A stretch of DNA of 64,000 nucleotides from Candidatus Poribacteria bacterium (GCA_964291315.2 OZ219753.1:960001-1024000), one strand, 5' to 3'; positions 19,024 to 30,126 are shown, counted from the first letter of the stretch. Translations and numbers: made by a program. The notes: generated from the letters alone by a model not told the origin.

Positions 19024-19170
19024 CACAACCGCTAATCTAACGTGGTCTTGTAGATATTTGGCTTATCTCTAAATAAAGCGAAGCCGCTGGTATAGGGAAG
19101 CGCAACGCTTTCATTTTTTTATTCAACGCAGTTACCGATGCTTTTCGCACCTCTTAGGAAAATCACAGAC

Positions 19171-19681
19171 ATGAATGCTGATCTTTTACAACTTATCATA
19201 GATTACACCACAAAAGAACACGCCGAAATCAACGCCAAGCTGCTCGGCAAGTCTAAAGACAATAAAGGTCGAACACTGTGAAATCAAACCTCGTAATGTT
19301 CGCTCGGATGCAAAACGTCCTCGTAAATTAAACGGTGCAGGTAATTTTACAGATTACACTTGGGCAAAGTTCCAAAGGCACCAAACGGAGAACCCGAAGA
19401 TGCTAGTTGCTGGTTTTGTTGATGGCATCCTCATTCACATATTCGAGTTTAGTTTCAACGAACCAGGTTTCACATCTCGTTTGCGCGATAGACTTGAGGA
19501 CAGATTTCCAAATGGCGACATCACCGGGCAATACCTACGAAGTGCAGCTTTTTCATTTGGTCATTACAAAGATGCGGATAGCTTGAAAATAATTTATGCC
19601 GCGTCCGGGCAGAAACTCATCAAAGCACAGCTCTACATAACAAAAGGGGTGTTCGAGCATTTGGAGAAGACAACACAATGA
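19171..19681 (+). pseudogene. Probable disrupted restriction endonuclease gene
   Basis: ATG 19171 frame (MNADLLQLIIDYTTKEHAEINAKLLGKSKDN...) stops at 19281; the +1 frame from about 19262 reads KVEHCEIKPRNVRSDAKRPRKLNGAGNFTDYTW into ORF 19400-19681, which overlaps the MTase start (ATGA); ExK motif. Confidence 0.6.
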
Positions 19682-20613
19682 ATATTGCCAAGAACCGTCT
19701 TCTTAAAGAGGACTTGTTGGACAGTAGACAAATTACAGGGGCCACCCTCGAAGAAGGGAAACTCATTGAAGGCAATACTCTTAGCGTTCTAGATAAGATA
19801 GACGATAATGTTATCAATGTCGGGATTACTTCGCCTCCATATAACAAGCAAGAAAAACAGAAAGGCTGGCTTGTGAAAAATGTGGTGTATGATGCCTACA
19901 AAGATGCTGTGCCTGAACCCGAGTATCAGCAGAACCAAATAGATGTGCTGAACGAGATTTACCGGGTAACCGCACCCGGCGGTTCATTTTTCTATAATCA
20001 TAAACTCCGATGGAATAGAGGCAACATGTATCATCCTATGGACTGGCTGCGTAAAACCGAATGGACAGTAAAGCAGGAGATCATTTGGGACAGGGCGATC
20101 GCAGCAAACATACGTGGCTGGCGGTTTTGGCAAGTAGAGGAGCGCGTTTATTGGTTGTATAAGCCTATCGGAGACTACTTAATCGGAAAAGAACTGAGAT
20201 CCTGTGATGCGAAGTTGACATCTGTATGGCGCGGTGTGCCTGAAAATGGCAGGAAGAATCCGCATCCTGCCCCCTTTCCTATCTGGCTGCCAGCCCGTGT
20301 CATTATATCCATCCTGGGTACAGAAACACAAGGGATTGTGCTAGACCCCTATATTGGCAGCGGCACGACCGCTGTTGCAGCAAAGCTGTTAGGACATAAA
20401 TATATAGGCATTGACAGAAGCCCTACGTATTTGAAGATGACCAGCGGCAGAGTGGATAATGCTCTTAATGAGATGCCTAAAATCCAAGAAGAACTCGCGT
20501 TGCATGATGTACGGACGAGCTTTAAGGAACGCAAATCACAAGGTAGGAACGTAGGTAAATATCGTAAAACAGACGATAACAATGACGAAAACCAGCAGAA
20601 TTTTCTTACATAA
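19678..20613 (+). CDS. Beta-class DNA methyltransferase, probably N4-cytosine
   Basis: ITSPPYN (motif IV), HPAPFP, VLDPYIGSGTT (motif I), YIGID. Confidence 0.92.
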   Translation: MNIAKNRLLKEDLLDSRQITGATLEEGKLIEGNTLSVLDKIDDNVINVGITSPPYNKQEKQKGWLVKNVVYDAYKDAVPEPEYQQNQIDVLNEIYRVTAPGGSFFYNHKLRWNRGNMYHPMDWLRKTEWTVKQEIIWDRAIAANIRGWRFWQVEERVYWLYKPIGDYLIGKELRSCDAKLTSVWRGVPENGRKNPHPAPFPIWLPARVIISILGTETQGIVLDPYIGSGTTAVAAKLLGHKYIGIDRSPTYLKMTSGRVDNALNEMPKIQEELALHDVRTSFKERKSQGRNVGKYRKTDDNNDENQQNFLT

Positions 20614-20706
20614 GAGGGTTTCCCCTAAAATAATGATAGAACCAGGGTTCTCTAACCCTTAATTAAAGCAAAACCTCCTTTTTCCAAACTCACATTAATA
20701 TAGACT

Positions 20707-22053
20707 ATGCTCGATAAAAAAACGCTTGTCGCTTGGGATAAGCGTTATCTCTGGCACCCGTTCACTCAAATGCAGGATTGGTTGGCAGAAGAACCAGTTA
20801 TTATTCAACGCGGTGACGGGTGCTACCTCACTGATATTGATGGCAATCGGTATATTGACGGTATGGCATCTATGTGGACGAACATCCACGGACACACTCA
20901 TGCTGAGATCAACACGGCGCTCAAAGCACAAATTGATAAAATCGCGCACAGCACATTGCTCGGTTATAGTAATGTACCCGCAATTCGACTTGCAAAAAAA
21001 TTAGTAGAACTCACGCCGGCCGGGCTCAATAAGGTATTTTATTCGGATAACGGTTCAACCGCTGTCGAAGTTGCTTTGAAGATGGCATATCAGTATTGGC
21101 AGCATAGGGGACAACTCCGACGTAAATGGTTTATTCACTTTGACAAGGCATACCACGGGGACACCATAGGTTCTATGAGCGTTGGCGGGATTGATAGTTT
21201 CCACACGGCTTTTGATCCGCTCCTCTTCAGAAGTATCCGTGTATCTGCTCCTGAAGTCTATCGCTTCTGCAATACGGATGCCTCGCGGGTTAAAGTCGAA
21301 TGGCTCAATGCCGTAGAGAGCGCACTTTCGGAATATACTGGACAAATTGCTGGTATCATTGTGGAACCCTTAATTCAAGGGGCTGGCGGGATGCTAATTT
21401 CCCCGAAAGGATTTTTGAAAGAACTCTCAGCATTGGCAAAACGGTCGGAAACCCTTCTCATCGTTGATGAAGTGATGACAGGTTTTGGACGCACCGGCAA
21501 AATGTGGGCATGTGAACATGAAACCGTGACTCCTGACCTCTTATGTACAGCTAAAGGTCTCGCTGCCGGCTATCTTCCACTTGCTGCGACGTTAACCACA
21601 GATGAAATTTATAACGCTTTCCTCGGTGAATACAGAGACCTCAAAGCTTTCTTCCACGGACACACCTTCACTGGCAACCCTCTAGCTTGTGCTGTCGCCC
21701 TAGAAAATATTGCTATTTTCGAGCGTGAAAACCTGCTTGCCCGGCTCCAACCGACTATTGAACACTTCGGAAATCGGCTTCAACACTTCTATACGCTCCC
21801 GCATGTCGCAGACGTGCGGGTATGTGGATTTGCTGCTGGTGTGGAGCTAATGAAAAACCGAGACACCAACATGTCTTATCCATTGGAAGATAAGGTCGGT
21901 ATCAGGGTTTGCAAAGAGGCGCTCACCCGTGGTGCCCTGCTTCGTCCGCTTGTTAATACCATTGTCTTGATGCCACCGTTGCAGATTTCGATGTCAGAGT
22001 TAGACACACTTCTAGATATCGCTTACGCGTCAATAGAGGCTGTGACACGGTAA
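20707..22053 (+). CDS. bioA: Adenosylmethionine-8-amino-7-oxononanoate aminotransferase
   Basis: LWHPFTQM, SDNGSTAVEVALKMA, YHGDT, DEVMTGFGRTG, AKGL, HGHTFTGNPLAC. Confidence 0.95.
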   Translation: MLDKKTLVAWDKRYLWHPFTQMQDWLAEEPVIIQRGDGCYLTDIDGNRYIDGMASMWTNIHGHTHAEINTALKAQIDKIAHSTLLGYSNVPAIRLAKKLVELTPAGLNKVFYSDNGSTAVEVALKMAYQYWQHRGQLRRKWFIHFDKAYHGDTIGSMSVGGIDSFHTAFDPLLFRSIRVSAPEVYRFCNTDASRVKVEWLNAVESALSEYTGQIAGIIVEPLIQGAGGMLISPKGFLKELSALAKRSETLLIVDEVMTGFGRTGKMWACEHETVTPDLLCTAKGLAAGYLPLAATLTTDEIYNAFLGEYRDLKAFFHGHTFTGNPLACAVALENIAIFERENLLARLQPTIEHFGNRLQHFYTLPHVADVRVCGFAAGVELMKNRDTNMSYPLEDKVGIRVCKEALTRGALLRPLVNTIVLMPPLQISMSELDTLLDIAYASIEAVTR

Positions 22054-22079
22054 AGAGCATAGCATTCTGTAAAAGAAAA

Positions 22080-22118
22080 AAAATGGTAGGGTGAGCTTAA
22101 AACTCGCCCTACCATTTT
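22080..22118. terminator. Bidirectional terminator hairpin
   Basis: aaaatggtagggtgag-cttaaaa-ctcgccctaccatttt between convergent genes. Confidence 0.8.
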
Positions 22119-22137
22119 TAAAATTTGCTAAAAACGC

Positions 22138-24276
22138 TTAGAAGCTTGCGCGGCGCACTGCCATATTTTGGGCTCTATCCGTTACTCGAATGGTAATTGT
22201 ATGCAAACCTTCGGGGAGTTCGCCGGTTTCCAATAAAAGTTTTTCCTGTTTGGAATCGAAGATGCCATCATCAGGGAAGATTGCTTTCCAGTGTTCATCA
22301 CTGTCGATTTTATAGACTGCTTTCTCTATTGGTGTGCTTATATCCAAAACATCACAAGAGATTTTGTATGTGCGATTACCGTTCGCGATGATTTGAACTT
22401 CTCCAATAGAGGGTTGCGTGTTATCTATCTCAAACGGGAGGCTAACCTTCTCAACAGATTTTGCCCAACCAATTGGGTTGCTAAGTTTGTCAGTAGCAAC
22501 GGCCTTTACGACGTATTGACCGTCCCCAACGGTGGTGATGTCCCATTCGTATTCCGCTTTGGAAAGTTCTTTTTTTAGAAGCCGCCAGTTGCTATCCGTA
22601 ACTGCTTTGTAGTAGAGGGTATACTGCAACGTATCATCGTTTGGATCTTCTACTTTCCAGTTAACCTTCCAGTTTTTGGTAGGGGCGTTATTTCCGTTAT
22701 TGGATCGCCCGCTGTCGCCGCCGCGCGGCCCCGGGGGAGCTAATCCGCCAGGGGAGCGCCGGCCTTGTTCTCTATTCCTACTGCTTCTACCGTCATCCAC
22801 CTCGATACTCGTAAACCGTGGTTCAATATTTGCCTGCGCTGAAGCGAGCGTAACCTTTTTCAAGGTAGGTGTTTGCGCTTCATCACTCGTTGTGAACTTC
22901 GCGCGCCACTGGATGTACTGTGCATCGGCGTTCGGTATCTGAGAACCTTCTGCAGTGGTCAATGCCTCTGACCAGTCGTTCCATGTGTCATCCGGCTTTT
23001 TGGTATTTCCAGTACGGGTTGAAAAGGAGATAGATGCCCCTTCGCTCATTTCACCTTTCCATGAGAGCTTTCCCCAACGTGACAGACTTTGGGCGTTATG
23101 AACTGTTGACTCAAGCGTGCCTTCTTTAACGTAAGTCTGTGTGAGCGTAAAGAGTTTACCGGGGTTGCCTGTAGCGAGGAGCGTTTGAGTTTTCCCTGCC
23201 AGCTCTTTTTGGTGTATGGCGATGACCTGGTTTGCTGAACACTTTCCGACTTCAACGTAATCTCCGCTCATCGGGTTAATCCGGTAGAGTTTTCCATCAT
23301 CTCCGGTCCCAGCGAGAATTTGGGTGTCACTTTCGAGGACGATCGCCAAAATGAGCGGTTCAGGCGAATTCCAAACGGGTACAACAGTCCCATCCGGTCG
23401 GATTTTGTAGATGTTAGACGTGTTTTCTTCCGGCGGGCCACCACCAGGCGGCGGCGGTGCACTCGGCGGCGGCGGACCATTTGGCCCCCGGCGGCCCCTT
23501 GAAGGTTCCGCGGGTGCCGAGGTAACAACTGCGGCGTACAGATTCCCTTGACTATCTACCTCAAGTGCACGCACCTCTTTTTCTTTTGCTTGATAGATGA
23601 CCTTCGCTGTACCATCGTTCATAACATGGTAGATGATACCATTGTCGCTGCTGCCAGCATAGAAACTGTTTTCCTGAACCAGCAGCGTCATGATGTTCTT
23701 CTCTTCAGCATCAAAGAGGACGCTTGATTCCCCTTCCGGTGTGATTTTGTAAATCTTACCGTCTGTACCTGTTGCAGCGTAGAGATTCCCCGCTTCGTCA
23801 AACTGCAGCGCCCATACGTACTTATCACCTTTATTCAGAATTGTCTGAGGTGGTGTGGTGGCATCAGTGATTTTGTAAATCAACCCGTCAGGTCCTGTAC
23901 CGGCGTAGAGAGCATCGTCGGGACCGATAGCGAGACTATAAATTGTAACTTCTGGTGAATTGTAATAAAGTTCTGCGCTGTCCGCACCTGCGTTAACTTT
24001 ATAAATTTTCCCTTCGTTCCCGGTGCCAGCATAGAGATTTCCTGCTGCATCCTCAGCAAGTGCCCATATCTGTGTTTCCTTCAGCTTTGTAAAAGAATCA
24101 ATTTTTGGAGCTAACATTACGGCACCCGTACTCGTCAGTGATAGTCCTTTGCGTTTGCCTGCCTCAAAATCGGCGTGATGTTTCTGCTCCCACACAGAGG
24201 TCTTGACTGCAAGTGCTGCGTTTGCGAAAGTAAAGATGGTTAAAAGAAGACTCCAAAAGGAGATGACACGGCGCAT
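22138..24276 (-). CDS. Secreted beta-propeller/Fn3-like protein, partner of the SpoIVB-type peptidase
   Basis: Start reassigned to MRRVISFW; repeated LYAGTG..G.IYKI propeller blades; C-terminal DPNDDTLQY...DGQYVVKAVATD Ig-like domains. Confidence 0.85.
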   Translation of the reverse strand: MRRVISFWSLLLTIFTFANAALAVKTSVWEQKHHADFEAGKRKGLSLTSTGAVMLAPKIDSFTKLKETQIWALAEDAAGNLYAGTGNEGKIYKVNAGADSAELYYNSPEVTIYSLAIGPDDALYAGTGPDGLIYKITDATTPPQTILNKGDKYVWALQFDEAGNLYAATGTDGKIYKITPEGESSVLFDAEEKNIMTLLVQENSFYAGSSDNGIIYHVMNDGTAKVIYQAKEKEVRALEVDSQGNLYAAVVTSAPAEPSRGRRGPNGPPPPSAPPPPGGGPPEENTSNIYKIRPDGTVVPVWNSPEPLILAIVLESDTQILAGTGDDGKLYRINPMSGDYVEVGKCSANQVIAIHQKELAGKTQTLLATGNPGKLFTLTQTYVKEGTLESTVHNAQSLSRWGKLSWKGEMSEGASISFSTRTGNTKKPDDTWNDWSEALTTAEGSQIPNADAQYIQWRAKFTTSDEAQTPTLKKVTLASAQANIEPRFTSIEVDDGRSSRNREQGRRSPGGLAPPGPRGGDSGRSNNGNNAPTKNWKVNWKVEDPNDDTLQYTLYYKAVTDSNWRLLKKELSKAEYEWDITTVGDGQYVVKAVATDKLSNPIGWAKSVEKVSLPFEIDNTQPSIGEVQIIANGNRTYKISCDVLDISTPIEKAVYKIDSDEHWKAIFPDDGIFDSKQEKLLLETGELPEGLHTITIRVTDRAQNMAVRRASF

Positions 24277-24461
24277 TGAAAATGCCCTCCTATAGGCTTG
24301 GCGAAGCTTGAAAACGGTGTTGCAAGCTGCCCAATTTAAGTTTTTGTATATAATTCGTTTAGCCTTCCAGGCCTGTAAAGAGACAAGCACCTATCCAGAT
24401 CTAACTACTGAGCTAGACAGGGGAAGGTTACATGCCTCCATTTTTTTTGTGCTGTTTGCTA

Positions 24462-26342
24462 CTATTCAGCGTTTCTGTCGACAACCAAGCGGATGATGCC
24501 GCTTCCAGATATAACGTGATCAGTGGGGACTCTATCAATGTGCAAGGTCGTTCCAGTCGTGTAACCACTACCCCCAGACTGCTTTGCGGTGTTCATCACA
24601 GACATCACTGACAGGGGTAAACTCTCGAATTCTTTTCCTTGAACGGTCAGGCCTGGTTCAGGCACAAACAGTTCCATAATAATGTCGGCGTTATTTTCCC
24701 CACGTTTCAGCAGTTCAACAAGCTGGTTGATGTTCTTATGACGAAAATTAAACGGGGCGCGAGCCCGCTGCCACGCCTCGTGAAAATTTGCATTACCGGC
24801 GAGAAGCATGATAAGACCTTCTGGCGTATCCTTAGGAATCGTTATGGTTCCTATTTCTGTTATTGGTGATTCAAGGTACGGCTGAAGCGTTACTTCTACT
24901 TCAACAGTATCGCCCGGACGGTACCGGAGCTTATCTATCCGAAGGCTCTGAATCCGCGCTGTCCGCCGTCTGTCTCCTATTTTTAGATCAAGGTTGACGT
25001 TCTCGACCTGAACATTTGTATAAGAATTATTGCCTAGTTGTGCTAGCGGCGACAGAAGAGTCATCATGACTCCTGCCCCTGGTGAACTGCTGGAAGAATA
25101 GATATTCTTGTAAACCAACTCACGCGTCTTAAGGTCGGGATGATCTTTCAGGGTAACAACTGCTTCCAGATTGAGCGTGTGGTCGTTACCATAGAATTCA
25201 AGTCCATCTATTAAAAACCACGCAGCCATTCCGGTATAGATAGGAGAAAAACTACGATGCCGAATTACTTCATAATACTTCTGGTGTTGTTTTCCATCCG
25301 TTGTCTGTAAATTCATATTTACCGGGATGTAGCTCGGATGTCGTCCTATGATGCCAGCGATCGCAGGGTCTCGGTCTTGCACTAGGGTGCCGATGGGTTG
25401 CGTTGGAGATGCCCACTTGACAGAACGTGTCCGCATTGGTAGAATATAATGTACATAGCCACCAGAAAGCGGCAGGTTGACGTTACCTTCTCCAAATCCG
25501 GCATGTCCATAGCCAAGTAACTCGTTTCCAGCTGTATAGGTAATCGTTCCATAGCCGAATAACGTGACATCGCCGCGCACAAACTCCGTTCCTACTATTT
25601 GCCCGGCCTCCACAGGTGATTCTTTTACGGGGCTCCCACTGCCGGCTGTTTGCACTGGTGTAAAATTAAACCTATCAAAAAGCGACTTAACAATCTGCAT
25701 CGCTTCTGGGTTAAGCGCTGGCAGAGCAACGGGTATGGATAACCTGGTCGAATGCTCCCGCCCCGGGGAATCGACAATACTCTTCAGAAGGCCTGCCCCA
25801 AAAGATTCGCGTTCTTGCAGTGCTCTACCCTCATGGAATAGAGAGAGAAATTCATCTGAATCTTCAAAACTGGTTGCATTTTCTGTGCCGAGGTTAAAGA
25901 GTTGGGTGCCTTCGTAAGTCAAATTAGGTTTCATTCCGCGTTGGGCTACCTTCACCATTAATTCGATCGGTGTTACACCAAAGAGATTTGAATGTTCGCG
26001 CTGATTGAACGATCCGAGTGACACTGCCCCGGCGAGTCTTCCGGCAATGTAAACTGGACTCCCGCTCATACCGCCGGCGACCCCCGTTCGTTTGAAATTA
26101 TCGCTAAGCCCCTCGCACCAGATCACATGCCAACCCGGGGAAAAATTGTATTCGATGCTAACAACTTTGCATTCAAATTCTTCGACAGTTATTCCGGAAA
26201 ACACCGTGTAGCCCTTTGCGCTCATACCTTGTTTCACTTCGGACAACGGCATAAATTTTTCAGCATCCCACTCGATCTGCGAATAAGCATGGGGTGCAGT
26301 CAAACAGAACACGACAAGCATACAAAGCAAAGCCTTTTTCAC
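24462..26342 (-). CDS. SpoIVB peptidase S55 family protein
   Basis: GTG start with GGAGAGGAG RBS; signal peptide; GVAGGMSGSPVYI, GVTPIELM, GTITY...LGYGH. Confidence 0.9.
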   Translation of the reverse strand: MKKALLCMLVVFCLTAPHAYSQIEWDAEKFMPLSEVKQGMSAKGYTVFSGITVEEFECKVVSIEYNFSPGWHVIWCEGLSDNFKRTGVAGGMSGSPVYIAGRLAGAVSLGSFNQREHSNLFGVTPIELMVKVAQRGMKPNLTYEGTQLFNLGTENATSFEDSDEFLSLFHEGRALQERESFGAGLLKSIVDSPGREHSTRLSIPVALPALNPEAMQIVKSLFDRFNFTPVQTAGSGSPVKESPVEAGQIVGTEFVRGDVTLFGYGTITYTAGNELLGYGHAGFGEGNVNLPLSGGYVHYILPMRTRSVKWASPTQPIGTLVQDRDPAIAGIIGRHPSYIPVNMNLQTTDGKQHQKYYEVIRHRSFSPIYTGMAAWFLIDGLEFYGNDHTLNLEAVVTLKDHPDLKTRELVYKNIYSSSSSPGAGVMMTLLSPLAQLGNNSYTNVQVENVNLDLKIGDRRRTARIQSLRIDKLRYRPGDTVEVEVTLQPYLESPITEIGTITIPKDTPEGLIMLLAGNANFHEAWQRARAPFNFRHKNINQLVELLKRGENNADIIMELFVPEPGLTVQGKEFESLPLSVMSVMNTAKQSGGSGYTTGTTLHIDRVPTDHVISGSGIIRLVVDRNAE

Positions 26343-26885
26343 AACATTTACTCCTCTCCAAACTATTGGACATCTATTTATGTTCACTACAATATATCTT
26401 TTGTAAATCAGTTGAATAGTGAAATTATCTAATTTACCTTTTCGCTGTTTCAATCCCGCAAGCGACACGTCTAGTTAGTCGGAAGATCTGTAGATTTTTA
26501 CATACGCTTGAGGAGAAAAAGAAACACTATTTAATGTAAGTATTGATCGCCCCACGAAATGGATTAAAAACATAACACTAATCTATTATTATACCCAATG
26601 ATAGCTTCAATGTCAACATGAATTAACAAAAATTTGGTATCACCCAGCTCTCTTGTTGGAAGATTATCCAAATCCTGACTGCTGACTTATCAACTATCAT
26701 CCTGCCAACCCTTGAATTCTAGAGATCTGTTAACATGGAAGGAGGTACTTCTAAAAACACCTACTCCTAGCAGTTGACAACTGATGTCCAAAGCTAAATA
26801 GCCGTAGATTATCTCTATTTCACTTGCTCTTTTCTCGTTCGCATGTTATTTTAAAAAGAAAAAGAGTCTAGGAGTTGCCCATAGC

Positions 26886-28427
26886 ATGCCCGATACTGCT
26901 TGCATCCTCTCAATTGACCAAGGCACAACAGGCACAACCACTCTCCTCGTTGACCTAGAGGGTAACATCACCGCCCAGGGCTATAAAGAATTTACACAGT
27001 TCTACCCGCATCCCGGTTGGGTAGAACACGATCCAGAGGAAATTTGGCACGCCACGCTACGAGCAATAGACGCTCTCTTTGAAGACAACCGTCCGAATGT
27101 TGTTGCTATAGGTATCACAAATCAACGCGAAACTACGCTTATCTGGGATAGACAAACAGGGAAACCGATCTATCCAGCAATTGTCTGGCAATGCCGACGC
27201 ACTGCAGATATATGCATTGCCCTCGAAAAAGAGGGATTTGCCGAAGAAATAAGGACAAAAACAGGTCTTGTGCTTGATGCTTACTTTTCTGGAACAAAGA
27301 TAGCATGGATACTAGACAACGTTAGCGGTGCCCGGGAACGCGCAGAGCGTGGTGAACTGGCATTCGGAACTGTAGACACGTGGTTGTTATGGAAGCTAAC
27401 AGATAAAGCAGTACATAAAACGGATTATACAAACGCATCGCGCACGCAGCTCTTTAATATCAACACACTTTCATGGGACGAAGATCTTTTGGAAATCTTC
27501 AACGTCCCAAGGTCTGTGTTACCCGAAGTTTGTCCCTCTGCTAACAATTTCGGCACTGCCAATTTTTACCGTAATTTTTGGCTTGAAACCTTCGGTAAAA
27601 ATATATCCTTAGACGGTATTCCTATTGCCGGGGTTGCAGGCGATCAGCAGGCAGCGCTCTTCGGTCAGTTGTGCACAGAGCCCGGCATGGCAAAAAACAC
27701 CTATGGTACGGGGTGTTTCCTTATGCTAAATACGGGTACTGAAAAGGTTGACACAGAGACGGGACTTCTAACAACACTTGCTTGCAGCTTAGATGAAAAC
27801 CCAGTTTACGCCTTAGAAGGAAGTGTGTTCGCCGCCGGGGCTGCTGTCCAATGGCTCCGAGACGGGATTCACATTATCAGTACAGCCCGGGAAACCGAGG
27901 ACATCGCAAACCGTATCTCCGATGCGGGCGGTGTTTTCGTTGTGCCTGCTTTTACCGGGCTCGGGGCACCGTATTGGGACCCCGAAGCACGAGGCGCTAT
28001 CCTCGGACTCACTCGAGGCACCACGCGCGAACAAATCGTCCGGGCCACCTTAGAATCAATCGCTTATCAATCGGCGGATGTCGTTGCCGCTATGCTTGAC
28101 GAGACAGATGGGAGGATCCATCGATTACGCGTAGACGGCGGTGCTGCCGCAAATAATTTTCTCATGCAGTTCCAAGCGGATATTCTCGGAATAGATGTAG
28201 AACGCCCCGCGCAAATAGAGTCAACCGGATTGGGCGCTGCATACCTTGCGGGAATTACCACCGGTGTATGGAGCAATATGGAAGAGCTAGAGGCGCGTCG
28301 ATCTAAGCAAGCGAAACTCGACAACAAAACACTTAAAGCCAACGTTTTTTCACCACAAATTAACGCAGACCAACGCAATCTAAAACTCGTGCAGTGGAAA
28401 AAAGCCGTGCGACGAGTGATGAGTTAA
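26886..28427 (+). CDS. glpK: Glycerol kinase
   Basis: IDQGTTGT, GITNQRETT, AIVWQCRRT, GDQQAALFGQ, KNTYGTGCF, VDGGAAANNFLMQFQAD. Confidence 0.97.
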   Translation: MPDTACILSIDQGTTGTTTLLVDLEGNITAQGYKEFTQFYPHPGWVEHDPEEIWHATLRAIDALFEDNRPNVVAIGITNQRETTLIWDRQTGKPIYPAIVWQCRRTADICIALEKEGFAEEIRTKTGLVLDAYFSGTKIAWILDNVSGARERAERGELAFGTVDTWLLWKLTDKAVHKTDYTNASRTQLFNINTLSWDEDLLEIFNVPRSVLPEVCPSANNFGTANFYRNFWLETFGKNISLDGIPIAGVAGDQQAALFGQLCTEPGMAKNTYGTGCFLMLNTGTEKVDTETGLLTTLACSLDENPVYALEGSVFAAGAAVQWLRDGIHIISTARETEDIANRISDAGGVFVVPAFTGLGAPYWDPEARGAILGLTRGTTREQIVRATLESIAYQSADVVAAMLDETDGRIHRLRVDGGAAANNFLMQFQADILGIDVERPAQIESTGLGAAYLAGITTGVWSNMEELEARRSKQAKLDNKTLKANVFSPQINADQRNLKLVQWKKAVRRVMS

Positions 28428-28428
28428 A

Positions 28429-30126
28429 ATGAGACTCCAATGGAAATATTCGCTTGTTATCAATCTCAGCGTGATGGCAATTCTTGTAGCATTTTACTTT
28501 TTTGATAGCATCCGTGTCCGGAGTGAAATGAATGCCCTTCACGCCTTAGGAGCAGAACGGGGGGCTGAACTGAGGAAGATCGTTGAAAACACAATTCTTA
28601 ATTCCATTGAGAAAAAGATCGAAACTACAGAGGTATTTGATGCGAAGCAACTGGATCAAATGCTGAATAAGTTGAAGCGGGAACATCCGGATATGCGTGA
28701 TGTGCTGAATGTCCACGTCTCTTTAAATGATACACGGGTTCGTGCCAGTCTACTTGCTGCTGAAGCTGCTGTTGATATAAATCTTGATCCGGAGGATCTT
28801 AAGCAAATTGACACAAAAGGCGCGATAATACATACTGTTGAAGGCCAGAATGCAACGGCTATTGTTATCAAATACATTGTGCGTTTGACCGGGCCGAAAC
28901 CTGTCGAGCTGGAAGCGCACGATTTTGCATACGAACCTCTGCTAGATGATGGGACGTTGCCGTATGAAATCTGGGTGAGCGTGTTTGGCGAAAATGTTTA
29001 CGTGCCGGACGACCCCTTATTAACCGAGGAGAAAGGGAAACGCTGGCGAATGACAGATCACGGAAAAGGCGATCTCTATAATCTGTGGAAGCAAGGTGAT
29101 ACCTTGTGGATTCAGAAAGCGTTAACCGGCTACATACAAGTACTTTTTGATGTCCCTTATATCGACAGGTCGATTCGATACTCGCTGCTGATGCATGCAG
29201 TACTCATCGTTATTGTTGGAGCCCTACTTGTGATTCTGATTGATTTGACGACGAATCAGCTGATTATGAAGCCTTTAGAACGTATGACAGAGATTGTTCA
29301 GAGGGCAGAAAGCGGGCAATTCTCATCTCAGGAGACCTATTCGTCGGATGAAATCGGGAGGGCAACCTATAATCTTGCAAAGATGCTTTGGCAACTCCGT
29401 GATTCGCATTCAAGACGGATTGCGGCTTTAGGTCAATTTGCGGCCGGTGTAGCTCACGAAATCCGCAACCCGCTGAATTCGATTGGTATGACGGCGCAAT
29501 ATCTGAAATCTGTCTTTTCCCAGCCGAAGGTTAATCCTGAAGATATTGAAGAAGCGAGGGAACTTTTAGAGATTGTTGACGGAAAGATAAGTGAGCTGAA
29601 GCAAATTTCGGAGCAATTCCTCGCTTTGAACCAACCAAGAAGATTAAATATGGAACCCGTAAATCTCAACCTGCTCATGGACGGGGTGCTATCCGAATTC
29701 ACGCTCGTCGCGGAAGAGGCGAAAGTTCAGATAATTAGAAGCTATGATGAAACCGTGCCTGATATTCCATTAGATTCGACGTTAATGCGGCAGACGCTTT
29801 TTAATCTTGTCCAAAATAGCATTCAAGCTATGCCCAAAGGCGGCAGTGTTTATGTAACCACCGTGTTGGAGCAAATAGAGAGCGTCTCTCCGCAGGTCGT
29901 CCTTGAAATCAGAGATACAGGCATTGGTATTCCTGATGAAATCCAGGATCAGATTTACGATGCCTATTTTACTACGAAAGACGCTACGGGCGGTACCGGC
30001 CTCGGCCTCGCAATCTCACATCAGATTATCACTGCACATAAAGGCAACATCGAGGTTCGCAGTAAGATGGGCATGGGAACGGCTTTTAAAATCAGGTTTC
30101 CGCTTGAGCAAGGTAAAGGTCCTTAA
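28429..30126 (+). CDS. Membrane sensor histidine kinase (HAMP-HisKA-HATPase)
   Basis: Two TM helices, AGVAHEIRNPL, NLVQNSIQAM, DTGIGI, GTGLGL. Confidence 0.95.
   Translation: MRLQWKYSLVINLSVMAILVAFYFFDSIRVRSEMNALHALGAERGAELRKIVENTILNSIEKKIETTEVFDAKQLDQMLNKLKREHPDMRDVLNVHVSLNDTRVRASLLAAEAAVDINLDPEDLKQIDTKGAIIHTVEGQNATAIVIKYIVRLTGPKPVELEAHDFAYEPLLDDGTLPYEIWVSVFGENVYVPDDPLLTEEKGKRWRMTDHGKGDLYNLWKQGDTLWIQKALTGYIQVLFDVPYIDRSIRYSLLMHAVLIVIVGALLVILIDLTTNQLIMKPLERMTEIVQRAESGQFSSQETYSSDEIGRATYNLAKMLWQLRDSHSRRIAALGQFAAGVAHEIRNPLNSIGMTAQYLKSVFSQPKVNPEDIEEARELLEIVDGKISELKQISEQFLALNQPRRLNMEPVNLNLLMDGVLSEFTLVAEEAKVQIIRSYDETVPDIPLDSTLMRQTLFNLVQNSIQAMPKGGSVYVTTVLEQIESVSPQVVLEIRDTGIGIPDEIQDQIYDAYFTTKDATGGTGLGLAISHQIITAHKGNIEVRSKMGMGTAFKIRFPLEQGKGP

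Noticed and set aside
17600-26770. Short shared intergenic words (ctgccaaccctt, aacacctact, aaggcccct) near 9121, 17626-17670, 26702-26765 and 34300
   Set aside because: Only 9-12 nt, in inconsistent order; too weak to call a MITE or REP family without a genome-wide count
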